Assembly (NCBI GenBank): GCA_002070605.1
Contig: MWDO01000004.1
Span: 8,184-72,183 of the forward strand
Reading direction: 5' to 3'
DNA from: Spirochaetes bacterium ADurb.Bin133
GTDB lineage: Bacteria > Spirochaetota > GWE2-31-10 > MWDO01
DNA length: 64,000 nucleotides
Position numbers and translations under genes: made by a program. The notes under the pieces were generated by a model. That model had not been told where the DNA came from, did no database searches, and saw nothing but the letters and a program-made list of their open reading frames with translations. Positions 18,076-28,275 of the stretch are shown here, piece after piece. Within the stretch, counting starts at the first letter, position 1. Each line of letters opens with the position of its first letter.

Positions 18076-19545
18076 TTATACGGAAGTATTAATTAAACTC
18101 TCAATGTTAAAAACTTCATTTTTTCTTGACGGAGTATTCTTTTTAGCTTCTTTATTAAAAAAATTTATCCCGCTTTTTTCTAAAAAATTGAAAAAGTCTT
18201 CTTTGTTTTCATCGGGAATAATATAAACTTCGTCTTTTATTAATTCGTAAGCGGTTATTACGTCTTTTTCAATTAAATTTTTTATTAGTTTGCCTTTTTC
18301 CGCGCCGTTGCAAAAGAAGAGCGTTCCGGTTGAATAAAAATAGGAGCCGTATTTATCAAACCACTGCTTTATTGTCGTTTCAACGTTCTTTGGCAGATCT
18401 ATGCCGTTATTTTCAAAAAAATTCTGAAAATTATCGTAATTATATCCGGCGACTACGCTTCTTTTTATAGAGAGTTCGGAAATCTCAAATTCTACAAGTT
18501 TATTGTAGTTTAACATATCTCCAAAAAGCGCTATCTCATAATAATCTTTTTGCGTTGAATTTGCATTAACAAAAAAGGTAAAATTAGTCGAAATTGTTAT
18601 TCCGTTTCCGACCTCCTCGTCGTTTTTATAATAACAAATTATAAGAATTCTACCGTCGTCAAGCGTTCTTATCATACCGATTTTTTCCAGAAAAGATAAA
18701 ACTTCGTCGAAATCTTTTTTAATGGGGGGATAGGTATAGGTTTGGTTCATTAACGTAAGTTCCCATAATTTTTTTAAATCTTCTCTTTTAAAAGCGACAG
18801 ACTGTTTGTTTTTGTAATAAAACTTCAGAATAGAATAAAAATTTGGAAACGTTATTTCGACAAAATAGAGAATCCTTTCAAACATATTTTTTGAAAAAAA
18901 TATTTCGACCTTATTCAAAGAAATATTAAACTGTTCGTCGCAAAAAGCGTTGGAGAAAAAATAACTAATTGCGTTTAAATCGTCGTAATCAAAATTTGAG
19001 TAATTTGCAAATATCTGGTCTGAAGATATATTATCCTTTTTATATAAAGAGTATGAGTTTGAGAATTTAAATTCTTTTGTAATAAAATAAAGAATTATAT
19101 TATTAATGTCCGTAATCGATTTTGAACTGTAGATTTCGCCGGATATATCGACAATTTCATACGACGTAGAGTTGGCAACTTCATAGTATATTTGGGGTAT
19201 GATAATCAAATCTTCGCGTTGAAAAATGTAACTTTTCAATAAGAGATTAGATATGACTTTGTTGACTAAAAAAAGTTGCATATCAAGTATTATACTGATT
19301 TTTTCAATCAAGTAATGATTTGATAGCGCGTCAAAGTTTGTAATAAATTTTAATACTTTGAACTCGTCTCCGTTAAGTTTTTCAACAAACGAGCTGATAA
19401 CGTTCTCTTTTGACAAAACTGACAAAAGATTTTTACGATATGAGAAATCCTCTCTTTTCATCAATATCTTTCCAAGGAAAACCTCGTATAAACTTTTTAT
19501 CTCATCGTCGTTTAAATTATCAAGATTTATCAATTTTTCCGACAT
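18076..19545 (-). CDS. Hypothetical protein co-transcribed with the XPB-like helicase. Candidate XPB partner.
   Basis: 489 aa. Its start overlaps the helicase stop by 16 nt, and there is a 4-nt gap to the ComF-like gene. No motif recognised. Confidence 0.45.
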   Translation of the reverse strand: MSEKLINLDNLNDDEIKSLYEVFLGKILMKREDFSYRKNLLSVLSKENVISSFVEKLNGDEFKVLKFITNFDALSNHYLIEKISIILDMQLFLVNKVISNLLLKSYIFQREDLIIIPQIYYEVANSTSYEIVDISGEIYSSKSITDINNIILYFITKEFKFSNSYSLYKKDNISSDQIFANYSNFDYDDLNAISYFFSNAFCDEQFNISLNKVEIFFSKNMFERILYFVEITFPNFYSILKFYYKNKQSVAFKREDLKKLWELTLMNQTYTYPPIKKDFDEVLSFLEKIGMIRTLDDGRILIICYYKNDEEVGNGITISTNFTFFVNANSTQKDYYEIALFGDMLNYNKLVEFEISELSIKRSVVAGYNYDNFQNFFENNGIDLPKNVETTIKQWFDKYGSYFYSTGTLFFCNGAEKGKLIKNLIEKDVITAYELIKDEVYIIPDENKEDFFNFLEKSGINFFNKEAKKNTPSRKNEVFNIESLINTSV

Positions 19546-21230
19546 ATTAATTCCTCCTTTTTCCAGTAATCAATTTCATAACTATAACCTTGTTCGGTTA
19601 AAAATCTTTGTCTGTTATGAGCGTATTGTTCTTCTATAGAATCTTGAGTCGTCAACGTATAAAAGTAGGAGTTATTGTTTTTTTTGGGACGCAATATTCT
19701 CCCTAATCTTTGGGCTTCCTCCTGTCTGGAGCCGTACGTTCCGCTTAATTGTATAAGAACCGCCGCGTCCGGTAAGTCTATAGAAAAATTGGCTACTTTG
19801 CTGACGACTAAAATTCTTAATTCGCCCGCTCTGAATCTCCTATATAAATCTTCTCTTTTAAGATTTGGCGTTTTGCCGATTATAAGCGGCGCTTTAATAA
19901 TTTTAGCGACTAATTCTAATTGATCTATAAATTGCCCGATTACTAATATTAAAGAATTTCTATGTCTTAATAAAATATCGGATAAAACGTCGATTTTTAA
20001 CGGATTGGTGGCGGCTATAGCAAATTTAGCTTTTTGATCGGCGGCAAGATAATCCATAACAAGATCTTCCTGTAACGGAAGTTTTATTTCATAACATTTA
20101 GCTTCCGCTATCCACCCCTGCTTTTCCAGAACTTTCCACGGAGTATCGTATTTCTTAGGACCTATTAGGCAGAAAACGTCTTTTTCATGTCCGTCTTCCC
20201 TGATTAAAGTTGCGGTAAGTCCCAGTCTTCTAACGCTTTGTAACTCCGAGGTTATCTTAAAAATAGGGGCGGGCAAGAGATGCGCTTCGTCGTAAATAAT
20301 CAATCCCCACTCTTGAGACAGAAATATCCCAAAATGAGGGAAATCGCTCTCTTTTGTTTTTCTGTATATTAAAATTTGATACGTGCAAACCGTTATAGGT
20401 TTTATCTCTTTTTTATCTCCGGTATATTCTCCGATCATATCCGGAGAAATATCTGTTTTATCAAGAATTTCCCTTATCCATTGATGAACCGCCGCTACGC
20501 TGGTAGTAAGAATAAGAGCGTATCCCTTTACTTTTGTTATAACGTCTATACCGATTATTGTTTTACCCGAACCGCAGGGTAAAACAATAGTTCCATGACC
20601 GCCGAAGTTTGATCCCGCCTGATAAAAGGCTTCCGACGCCATCGTCTGATAATCTCTGAGTTTAAACGGTACCCGCGCGCTTGTTTCGGTTTTCAAATTA
20701 ATATCGAGGAATTTTGATTTTGCATATCCCGCAATGTCGTTTACAGGTATATTAAAATTAAAAAAATCGACTTTTAGTTCGCCCCTCAATAGCAACGGGA
20801 TCAAATAACGCTGCTCCGATATCTTATGCGTCACATATTTTTTTAATTTTGGAATAGATAAAATCTCTATTTCCAGATTTTTTTCCTTTATGAATAGTAT
20901 CAATTTTGTATTGTCGGCTTCGTATTTTAATATTTCGACTACCCCAAATCTACCGAAAATTGCTCTGATCTCCTCAAGAACGTTGTTGGGGACGTCAAAT
21001 TTAGAATAATTAATAAGACTATCCGTTATATATTTAACGTCTAAACCCATCGCCGCCGCATTCCAAAGGCTAAGAGTTGAAATTTTGTAAGTATGTATGT
21101 GTTCGGGCGATTTGACCAATTCTGCAAATTTGGTTAATTCGTTTCTGACGATCTCAAATTTATCGTTATGAACTTCTAAAAGCAGTGAGAAATCGCTCTG
21201 AACAATTAAAGGATTGCTGGTATCCGGCAC
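19530..21230 (-). CDS. XPB/ERCC3/Rad25-family SF2 DNA helicase
   Basis: Motif I LPCGSGKT, motif II DEAH, motif III LGLTATL followed by the XPB-specific RED motif (TATLIREDG), and motif VI QEEAQRLGRILR. Has an N-terminal XPB-type domain. Confidence 0.8.
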   Translation of the reverse strand: MPDTSNPLIVQSDFSLLLEVHNDKFEIVRNELTKFAELVKSPEHIHTYKISTLSLWNAAAMGLDVKYITDSLINYSKFDVPNNVLEEIRAIFGRFGVVEILKYEADNTKLILFIKEKNLEIEILSIPKLKKYVTHKISEQRYLIPLLLRGELKVDFFNFNIPVNDIAGYAKSKFLDINLKTETSARVPFKLRDYQTMASEAFYQAGSNFGGHGTIVLPCGSGKTIIGIDVITKVKGYALILTTSVAAVHQWIREILDKTDISPDMIGEYTGDKKEIKPITVCTYQILIYRKTKESDFPHFGIFLSQEWGLIIYDEAHLLPAPIFKITSELQSVRRLGLTATLIREDGHEKDVFCLIGPKKYDTPWKVLEKQGWIAEAKCYEIKLPLQEDLVMDYLAADQKAKFAIAATNPLKIDVLSDILLRHRNSLILVIGQFIDQLELVAKIIKAPLIIGKTPNLKREDLYRRFRAGELRILVVSKVANFSIDLPDAAVLIQLSGTYGSRQEEAQRLGRILRPKKNNNSYFYTLTTQDSIEEQYAHNRQRFLTEQGYSYEIDYWKKEELICRKN

Positions 21231-21310
21231 AATTCCTCCAAATCGGATTCTTCATGGGAAGGAAATTATATACCATTTTTAACTTAATTGCAAGATAATT
21301 CTTTACAAAT

Positions 21311-21392
21311 GGCGCCCCGTCGGTTATTTGGGGATTGAGAAATATTTGTTCCATATGCGTCAAATTTCTCTTCCCTAAAAAACCGCCGGGGT
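21311..21392. mobile_element. Short MITE-like element with inverted-repeat ends and a single CCATATGCGTCAA unit
   Basis: GGCGCCCCGTCGGTTATTTGGGG ... CCCTAAAAAACCGCCGGGGT. Confidence 0.6.
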
Positions 21393-21421
21393 AAAACAAA
21401 TGAGACTGTTTGAAAAGGTAG

Positions 21422-22390
21422 TTATATGCCAAATTTACTCTTTAACGCTTCGACGGCCGTTTGGAATCGGGTATCCCAATCGCCCGATATTAATGTAAAA
21501 TCAATTTTCCTATCGGTCAGCTCTTTCATAAACAGCCGTCTATGAATCTCTCTGAAATTTTGGCTGTCCCGTTGAACGTGCGGAACCCACGGTACGTCTA
21601 TATCGCAAAATAGATAGTGATCGTAATTGTGCGTCGCCTCCACCCATTTAGGTATTTTTGGATATTTGCCGAAATAATGCTCGGAATATATCTTAGAAGT
21701 AAATAAATCTGTATCGCAAAAAAGAATTTTCTCGGTAGTTTTTGACTTTTTCAATACTTCTTCCGCTTGTAAGACATAAATTTTCTCAAAATCGTCGTAA
21801 ACCACATGTCTATCGCCAAGATAAACGACCGCCATTTCCGGAACAAAGTCGGTATTATACCAATCGGCTAGTTTTTTGGTTAGCGTAGTTTTACCGGTAC
21901 TCTCAGGTCCGTATATGCACGTTTTTTTAAAATAATAGGGCTTAACTACTTCGGGTAAAAAGGACCAGTTTTTATACGGGTTTTTCCTTATTTCTGTCGC
22001 TGAAATTGGCAAGATATTTCTATCTATGTCGTAAACGACGTTTTCAATTTCCATATATCCGGACACATATTCGCCGTATTTTTCCGAAGAGAACAAAACC
22101 TTTACGTCGGGAAATCTTTTTATCAAATAATCCGCCCAAACTCGCGATACGTCTTTGGAAGGAACGCTTGATTCGGGTAGAAGTATATCGTTAGCTTCTA
22201 TTTTTATAGATTTATCGTCCCCAAATATTTTGTATAACCACCCGAGTCTTACCGTAATGTCTATGCAGTCGTCGGCGCCCTTATGAGCGAATACGATCAG
22301 TTCGTCGCATCTCTCTTTTGCGAAATTAATTAGGGATATATGCCCTTTATGTAGCGGTAAGAATTTACCGATAACAAGACCGCGTTTCAT
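21422..22390 (-). CDS. NadR-like bifunctional NMN adenylyltransferase / ribosylnicotinamide kinase
   Basis: N-terminal nucleotidyltransferase motif GKFLPLHKGH. C-terminal P-loop GPESTGKTTL. Confidence 0.7.
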   Translation of the reverse strand: MKRGLVIGKFLPLHKGHISLINFAKERCDELIVFAHKGADDCIDITVRLGWLYKIFGDDKSIKIEANDILLPESSVPSKDVSRVWADYLIKRFPDVKVLFSSEKYGEYVSGYMEIENVVYDIDRNILPISATEIRKNPYKNWSFLPEVVKPYYFKKTCIYGPESTGKTTLTKKLADWYNTDFVPEMAVVYLGDRHVVYDDFEKIYVLQAEEVLKKSKTTEKILFCDTDLFTSKIYSEHYFGKYPKIPKWVEATHNYDHYLFCDIDVPWVPHVQRDSQNFREIHRRLFMKELTDRKIDFTLISGDWDTRFQTAVEALKSKFGI

Positions 22391-22405
22391 AGATTACGAC
22401 CTCGA

Positions 22406-23377
22406 TCAATAAGCCGGGGAGGCGTCGACGTCAAGCGCGTCGAGAAATCGTTTTATTAGCGTATCAAAGTCAAACCTTTCATAATTTTTGATAATCCCGC
22501 CCGCCATATCGCTATGACCGCCGCCAAATCCTATACCGGATAAAACTTTTTGGATAACTCTTGCCGCATTCCAATCGTCCCGTTCGGAGCGAACGGATAG
22601 GTTAATATTGCTTTCGTTATTTGCCGCTAAAACCATAAAGTCTACCTCTCTTAACGATAGAAAAAAATCCCCTATGATTCCCAATAAATTTTGGTTGCAC
22701 CCGTCCGGAAAATAACAAAAACCGACTTTGTCGATAATTTTTAGATTATCTATCGCTTCTTTATAAAATCTTAGATCTTTTTGCTGAATGTAATTTCTAA
22801 GTATGGAGTTGACCATCTTGGAGTTGGCGTATGAATATAGGTAGGAATACGCCCCAATATCCTCCTCGCTGACTCCTCTAGTTAACAAAGCGGTATCCAT
22901 ATTCAAACCGATAAGCAAAGCGGTAGCCACGTCTTTAGGCATATCTTGTTTTAAAAGAATGTAATAAGAGAAAATTATGGTTGAACAGGCTCCATACTCC
23001 GGTCGTATATCCACATAGGCGACGTCTTCGGTTACTTTTACTTGGTGGTGGTCTATTACGGCTACCTCTTCGCCGATAAGATCTGTAACGTTTTTATTCC
23101 CTTTGCAGCCGTCTACAATAATTATTTTATCGCTCTCTTTTAGTTCGTAAGCGCTGGCATGTTTTATGTCTATATGAAGACCTTCTATCATTAATCTTAG
23201 CGAATCTCTTTGTATCTCCCCCTCGTAAATGATAGAAGTTTTGATGTTATAGTTTCTTAAAAGATATTGAAGGGCGAAAGCGGAAGCGACCGCGTCGTGG
23301 TCCGGGAAATTGTGCGTCTGAATATAGACGTTATCTGATCTCTTAAGATTGTTAATAAGCGCCATTAAGTCTTTCAT
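22406..23377 (-). CDS. DHH/DHHA1 phosphoesterase (NrnA-like oligoribonuclease/pAp phosphatase)
   Basis: DHH motif (HNFPDHDAV) and DHHA1 GGGH motif (GFGGGHSDMAGG). Confidence 0.75.
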   Translation of the reverse strand: MKDLMALINNLKRSDNVYIQTHNFPDHDAVASAFALQYLLRNYNIKTSIIYEGEIQRDSLRLMIEGLHIDIKHASAYELKESDKIIIVDGCKGNKNVTDLIGEEVAVIDHHQVKVTEDVAYVDIRPEYGACSTIIFSYYILLKQDMPKDVATALLIGLNMDTALLTRGVSEEDIGAYSYLYSYANSKMVNSILRNYIQQKDLRFYKEAIDNLKIIDKVGFCYFPDGCNQNLLGIIGDFFLSLREVDFMVLAANNESNINLSVRSERDDWNAARVIQKVLSGIGFGGGHSDMAGGIIKNYERFDFDTLIKRFLDALDVDASPAY

Positions 23378-23445
23378 AGAAATCTCCGTAATAATAACTG
23401 AATTCCGATTGTACTACTTTATTTGAAAATAATAAAATTTTATTT

Positions 23446-24780
23446 TCATAATTTGTTTTTTGCAAAATAATTTTTAATTTCAACGTCGTTTTTAATAATA
23501 ATTGAATAAATATCTTTTATCCATTTCTCCTGAAGATAGTTATAATTTTGTTTCGAACTTAATAAAATAATTTTTATATCAAAATCAGGCAAAAAATGAA
23601 CGCTCGAATTAAAACTAAATATACAGCCGTTATGGTTGATCGAAGATATACGTATATCGTCTATGTCGTAATCGTTAATCATAAATCCGTAACCGTAGCG
23701 CTTGTTTCCGGTTTCTACAAAGCTGTTAAAGAGCGTATCGACGCTCTCTTTTGAAAGTATCGAGTTGTCGGCAAAAGAAGAAAGCCATTTATTAAGATCC
23801 GCCGCCGAAGAATACGCGCTTCCCGCCCCGCCGGGCCAAAACGACATATCTATTTTTTGAGGAAGTTTTTCGTCGTAGTCCGTATAGCCTTCGATAAGCA
23901 AATTGCTTGAATTTTTATCGTATCCAAAACCGGAATTTACCATGCCAAGAGGTTCAAAAATATTTTTTCGGACAAAATCGTTATAATTCATACCGCCGGC
24001 TTTTTCAATTATTGAAGATAAAATAATATAACCGAAATTACTGTAACTATAACGGACTCCGGGATAAAATAACGCCTTTATCTTATCCCGCGCAATAGCC
24101 TCTTTCAACATAGAATCGACGTCGTAATTCAGGGTTTCGGATATGTAACAAGTAAGAAAAATAATGTTTAATATTTTCATACGGTTATTAAAGGAGACGG
24201 TTTTTTTTATAAGATATTTTTTTGACGCCGGATCATAGTAATAGCTGTTTGTAATAAATCTTAATTCATTTTTATTTAAAACGCGCTTAGTTATAAATTC
24301 GTCAAAATGAGCCTTATCAATCCGCTCTATCATATAGTCGTAAAAAGGATCTCTTTGCAAACCGGAGGTGTGATTTAATAAATTTTTTATTCGTATCATA
24401 TTCCCGTAAGGAAAATCCGGGAAATATTTGTCTATAGTATCGTCTACGCTCAACAGTTTCCTCTCTGCAAGAAGCAATATCGACGCGGCGGTAAACTGTT
24501 TTGTTACCGAACCTATCATAAATCTTGAGGATTTTGAAACGGCATAATCCTGCGACAGATCGTCGGTTAAATAAGAGTTTACATACGCCGGCGTTTGACC
24601 GACATATATTGCGGCTATTCCGTTAAAACCGGCGTCTTTAGCCTGTTTATCGAGATATTCGCCTAACTCTTTCGACGCTATATGCTTTTCCTGACTTTTT
24701 TTTACTTTATAAGATTGGCAGTTGTTTATTAGCGTTAGACATACGATTATCGACGCCGTTAATATTAAAAATCTATTCAT
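23446..24780 (-). CDS. Serine hydrolase of the beta-lactamase/PBP fold (class C-like), secreted
   Basis: Signal peptide and an SxxK motif (GSVTKQF). Confidence 0.75.
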   Translation of the reverse strand: MNRFLILTASIIVCLTLINNCQSYKVKKSQEKHIASKELGEYLDKQAKDAGFNGIAAIYVGQTPAYVNSYLTDDLSQDYAVSKSSRFMIGSVTKQFTAASILLLAERKLLSVDDTIDKYFPDFPYGNMIRIKNLLNHTSGLQRDPFYDYMIERIDKAHFDEFITKRVLNKNELRFITNSYYYDPASKKYLIKKTVSFNNRMKILNIIFLTCYISETLNYDVDSMLKEAIARDKIKALFYPGVRYSYSNFGYIILSSIIEKAGGMNYNDFVRKNIFEPLGMVNSGFGYDKNSSNLLIEGYTDYDEKLPQKIDMSFWPGGAGSAYSSAADLNKWLSSFADNSILSKESVDTLFNSFVETGNKRYGYGFMINDYDIDDIRISSINHNGCIFSFNSSVHFLPDFDIKIILLSSKQNYNYLQEKWIKDIYSIIIKNDVEIKNYFAKNKL

Positions 24781-24894
24781 TACTAAATCGAAACCTTTAT
24801 TTTATATTCTTAACTGTCATAATAAATTTCTTAAATATGATATGAACAATTAAATAACATATTTATTAATAATAGTAAATATAAAATAAAAATA

Positions 24895-25068
24895 ACGCCG
24901 CGCCCCCGGTTTTTTGCGGTAAAAAAATGACACATATGCGACTCCTTTCGTATAGGGACGTCCGGTCGTATGAGTTCCTGTGGGGGAAAAATTGACGCAT
25001 ATGTGTCATTATGGAAATCGACGCATATGAGCTGCATATATAACGCGCCGCGCGTCGATAAAAAGGGC
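24895..25068. repeat. MITE-like element copy with three CATATG units and degenerate ends
   Basis: Left end ACGCCGCGCCCCCGGTTTTTTGCGG, followed by TGACACATATGCGAC, TTGACGCATATGTGTCA and TCGACGCATATGAGC. Confidence 0.55.
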
Positions 25069-25085
25069 TTGATATAATATCGGCG

Positions 25086-25547
25086 TTACTTTTCTCTAAG
25101 AGCGACGTTTATCTCAATTCGTCCCATCGGCGTTTCTATTGGAACTATAAGAGCTTCTATTTCAGAGTCGGATATTTCCATATTTTGACCTGAAAAAACC
25201 GCCGGAGGCGTTACGTCAAATTTATACCCCATTTCGGATAATTTTGTTACCGCTCTTCCGGTAATCATATTGCCAAGTTCCGTTATCGTAGCCTTTGCTA
25301 ATTCGTCGAATTCCGAAATTTTTTCGCCGTTCATATTGGAAGCTATCTTTAACGCCGTCTCTCTTTTCATATCAAAAAGGACTCGTCCTTCGACTTGACC
25401 TACAAGACCTACTATTACCGCAACGTCTAGAATAGGAACCGCTTTTGACTTTAAGGTTATCTGCTCTCTTTTTACCTCAACGCCGAGAGTCTCTCTTATA
25501 ACGCTAACGGACGATTCAACAAAAGGGTTAATATACTCCACTCTCAT
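25086..25547 (-). CDS. cheX: Chemotaxis protein CheX (CheC/CheX-family CheY-P phosphatase)
   Basis: 153 aa. N-terminus MRVEYINPFVESSVSVIRETLG resembles CheX. Immediately downstream of cheY. Confidence 0.7.
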   Translation of the reverse strand: MRVEYINPFVESSVSVIRETLGVEVKREQITLKSKAVPILDVAVIVGLVGQVEGRVLFDMKRETALKIASNMNGEKISEFDELAKATITELGNMITGRAVTKLSEMGYKFDVTPPAVFSGQNMEISDSEIEALIVPIETPMGRIEINVALREK

Positions 25548-25563
25548 AGTTTTTCTCCAAAAA

Positions 25564-25977
25564 TTATTTCTTTAGAACAGTCTCAATTCTCGATAAAACC
25601 TTATCTCTATCTAACGGCTTGACTATATAATTTTTTGCTCCGCTAATAAGCGCTTTTTTTACTAAATCTTCTTTTCCAAGGGCGCTAATCATAATTATTT
25701 TAGCGTTTTTATCAAACTCTATAATTTTTTCCAGCGTAGATATGCCGTCCATTTTGGGCATAGTAATATCCAACGTAACTATATCTACATTTGGATGAAG
25801 TTCTTTATACTTTTCAAATCCTTCGATGCCGTCGTTAGCGGATCCAAGGATCTCAAACTTTTCCGATTGCAAAATCTGGCTAAGTTGCTTAACGACAAAA
25901 ACCGAATCGTCGATGATTAGCGCTTTAAAAAAAGTCCCGTCGCCTTTAGAGCCAACCGGCGTTTTATTATCTGACAT
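25564..25977 (-). CDS. cheY: Chemotaxis response regulator CheY (receiver domain only)
   Basis: Receiver motifs: the acidic pair in LIIDDS, the phospho-acceptor in TLDITMP, and a conserved K in YIVKP. Confidence 0.8.
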   Translation of the reverse strand: MSDNKTPVGSKGDGTFFKALIIDDSVFVVKQLSQILQSEKFEILGSANDGIEGFEKYKELHPNVDIVTLDITMPKMDGISTLEKIIEFDKNAKIIMISALGKEDLVKKALISGAKNYIVKPLDRDKVLSRIETVLKK

Positions 25978-26088
25978 ACTTAATCTCCATACATAAATTA
26001 ATCTAAATTTATTTTAGATTTTCTTCTCAAGAAAATAGTATAACAGAAAATAATTAAAATTCAAGAATTTATATAAAAATATTTAAAC

Positions 26089-28173
26089 CTATTCTGATTT
26101 TTCAAGAACAATCGGAATATTAATCGAATGTTCGACCTCTAATAAATTTTTTCTAAACTGTTTATATTCGTTTACGTTTACTACCGTTTTTTTTCTAACA
26201 AACTCGTCTGTAAATTTCAAAACGTTATTTTCTAGACTATAATTCGATACGTAGTCCAAAATATCGCTTTTAATCGACAATCCCTCGGGAATTCCTCTTA
26301 CTTTATAACCTTCCGGCAACTCAAGCGTAACCGAGCGGATTTCTGCGGAAGTCGTATTGTATTTCAAAGGATATTTTCTGCTTTCAAACGAGGTAAAGCT
26401 AAAAGAATATTTTATAGGCAGAGTGAAAATATAGTATTCCCCCGATTTTTTTAAAACTTGCGAAGAGGCAAAATTATATTTTATCGAAAAATCGCTTTTA
26501 TAATCTGATAGCGCCGAATATTCGTATCCCTTCAATTTACTGCCGGGATAATCTCTGCCCGATAGAGAAACAAAAAGACTCTCTATCTCCTTATCTTTCA
26601 TAGATAAAAAATATTGTCTCAGTCCGGCGTCCAACTCCCCTTTATAGATATTCTCTTTAAATATTTCGGCAGAATTATCGTTTTTCAGGTTTATCCTTGT
26701 ATTAAATACCTGCTTGTTAAACTCCGGGTCCGGCGGATCGATCTCTCTTACCGTGTTCAATATCGGATTCCATACCGGTATACCGTGATTGTCGCTTCTG
26801 AAATTCGGGTATTTATAAGTTACGCTGGTCGAATCGAGATATATAATTTTGTTTCCATTCTGCTTCAAATGAATTTCATTAATAGCGTGATTGCCGCTTA
26901 TAACTCCCAGTTCGCCGTATAACGGTCTCGGCTGATCGTTTGTTCTGACAATAACAGGATAAGCCTCCACGCCGACTAATCCTAAAATCGTAGCAAAAAA
27001 AATGGATTTGTCGATACAATCGCCGTATCTGTTCTCAAAAGTCTCGGTCGCCGGATGCCCCGCCAAACCGGACGATATGCTCGTCTTTATCGATCTGTAA
27101 TGTATAAACTCCTGAGTAAATCTATATAACGCCGCTACTATCTCTTCCTCCGTCCGGGCGCCGCTATTTTTGACAACCTCGTCTACCGTCGCCTTTATTT
27201 TATCGTTTGACCTCATCCTTTCCTTGAAAAATCCCGCAAGCCATTGAGATAAATAAGTTTGATCCTTATACGTACTGCCAAAAACAAACGGAATCAACTC
27301 CCACATAGGAGGGGATTGCGGTTCGGCTACAAAGGGGGGACATTCGCCTCTGCTAAACTTGTAAATTTTATATCCCTCTTTTTTTGAAATCTCCGGAGAG
27401 GGGTCGTAAGGGTCAAAATTTTTAGCGACCCAATAAAATTCTCTATTTTCCGGAACTATATAACTAACTTTTGATTCGAAGACCGGGTCGTCCCCTCCAA
27501 AATACCAATGAGTATAAAACTGGTTTTTATCTTCCGGTTTGAGATCGAGAGTCTCCCATTCAAAATCTATAATCGATCCGACCTTTACGTTCGGGATTAC
27601 CGCCTTTATTATCTTCGTATCTTTTTTTCCGCTAAAATATTCTAATCCCTGACTGGGACTCGCGTACGTTACGTCGTCAAGCGATAGATAACTTACTTCG
27701 CCGTTTTTATCTATCGAACGAGCCATTATTATTCGGCTCTCGTATTCGCCGGGTTGCGAATAAAACGACAAATTTGCTTCGTTTAAATCTTTTTCGCTAT
27801 TTATTTTTAGCGAATATCTTGAGCGAGAATATTGCGAGCCGTCGATATTCATTCTTTGGTATCCCTCGTCAAGTAAAATAAGCTTAGCGTTGTCCGGATA
27901 TTTTTCTTGAAGAATATCGGCTCTTCTTTTCAATTCGTTCGGAGTTACCTCGCCGATTATATCTGATTTCTCCGACTCAACCGGCTCTTTTAAATTAAAT
28001 TTTATCAGAGATACCTCCGACCGATCTATTATGTCCCCCTCTTTTGAAATAAATTTCCCGTCTTGGAAAATAATCGTCTCGGAAGTCTTAACGGATTTAT
28101 CCCACTTGATAATCTGATCGAACGAGTATAAAAACGGCGCCGTAATCAACAAAAATATTAAAATTTTTTTCAT
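26089..28173 (-). CDS. Secreted DUF3857-like / transglutaminase-like cysteine protease domain protein
   Basis: Signal peptide. Transglutaminase core with Cys (YGDCIDKSIFFATILGLVGVEAYPV), His (GNHAINEIHL) and Asp (IYLDST). Confidence 0.55.
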   Translation of the reverse strand: MKKILIFLLITAPFLYSFDQIIKWDKSVKTSETIIFQDGKFISKEGDIIDRSEVSLIKFNLKEPVESEKSDIIGEVTPNELKRRADILQEKYPDNAKLILLDEGYQRMNIDGSQYSRSRYSLKINSEKDLNEANLSFYSQPGEYESRIIMARSIDKNGEVSYLSLDDVTYASPSQGLEYFSGKKDTKIIKAVIPNVKVGSIIDFEWETLDLKPEDKNQFYTHWYFGGDDPVFESKVSYIVPENREFYWVAKNFDPYDPSPEISKKEGYKIYKFSRGECPPFVAEPQSPPMWELIPFVFGSTYKDQTYLSQWLAGFFKERMRSNDKIKATVDEVVKNSGARTEEEIVAALYRFTQEFIHYRSIKTSISSGLAGHPATETFENRYGDCIDKSIFFATILGLVGVEAYPVIVRTNDQPRPLYGELGVISGNHAINEIHLKQNGNKIIYLDSTSVTYKYPNFRSDNHGIPVWNPILNTVREIDPPDPEFNKQVFNTRINLKNDNSAEIFKENIYKGELDAGLRQYFLSMKDKEIESLFVSLSGRDYPGSKLKGYEYSALSDYKSDFSIKYNFASSQVLKKSGEYYIFTLPIKYSFSFTSFESRKYPLKYNTTSAEIRSVTLELPEGYKVRGIPEGLSIKSDILDYVSNYSLENNVLKFTDEFVRKKTVVNVNEYKQFRKNLLEVEHSINIPIVLEKSE

Positions 28174-28275
28174 AATTCCCTCTCTATTTTTTTATCATAA
28201 TCCATTAATTTTGCAACTTCTTTCGATTCATATTTTAACGGGAGCGCTAAAATTGGATTTGAATTTAAGGAATAT

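Noticed and set aside
26003-26025. AT-rich dyad AATCTAAA-N6-TTTAGATT as a terminator
   Set aside because: The stem is entirely A/U and too weak for an intrinsic terminator. It is noted only as a possible operator in a finding.
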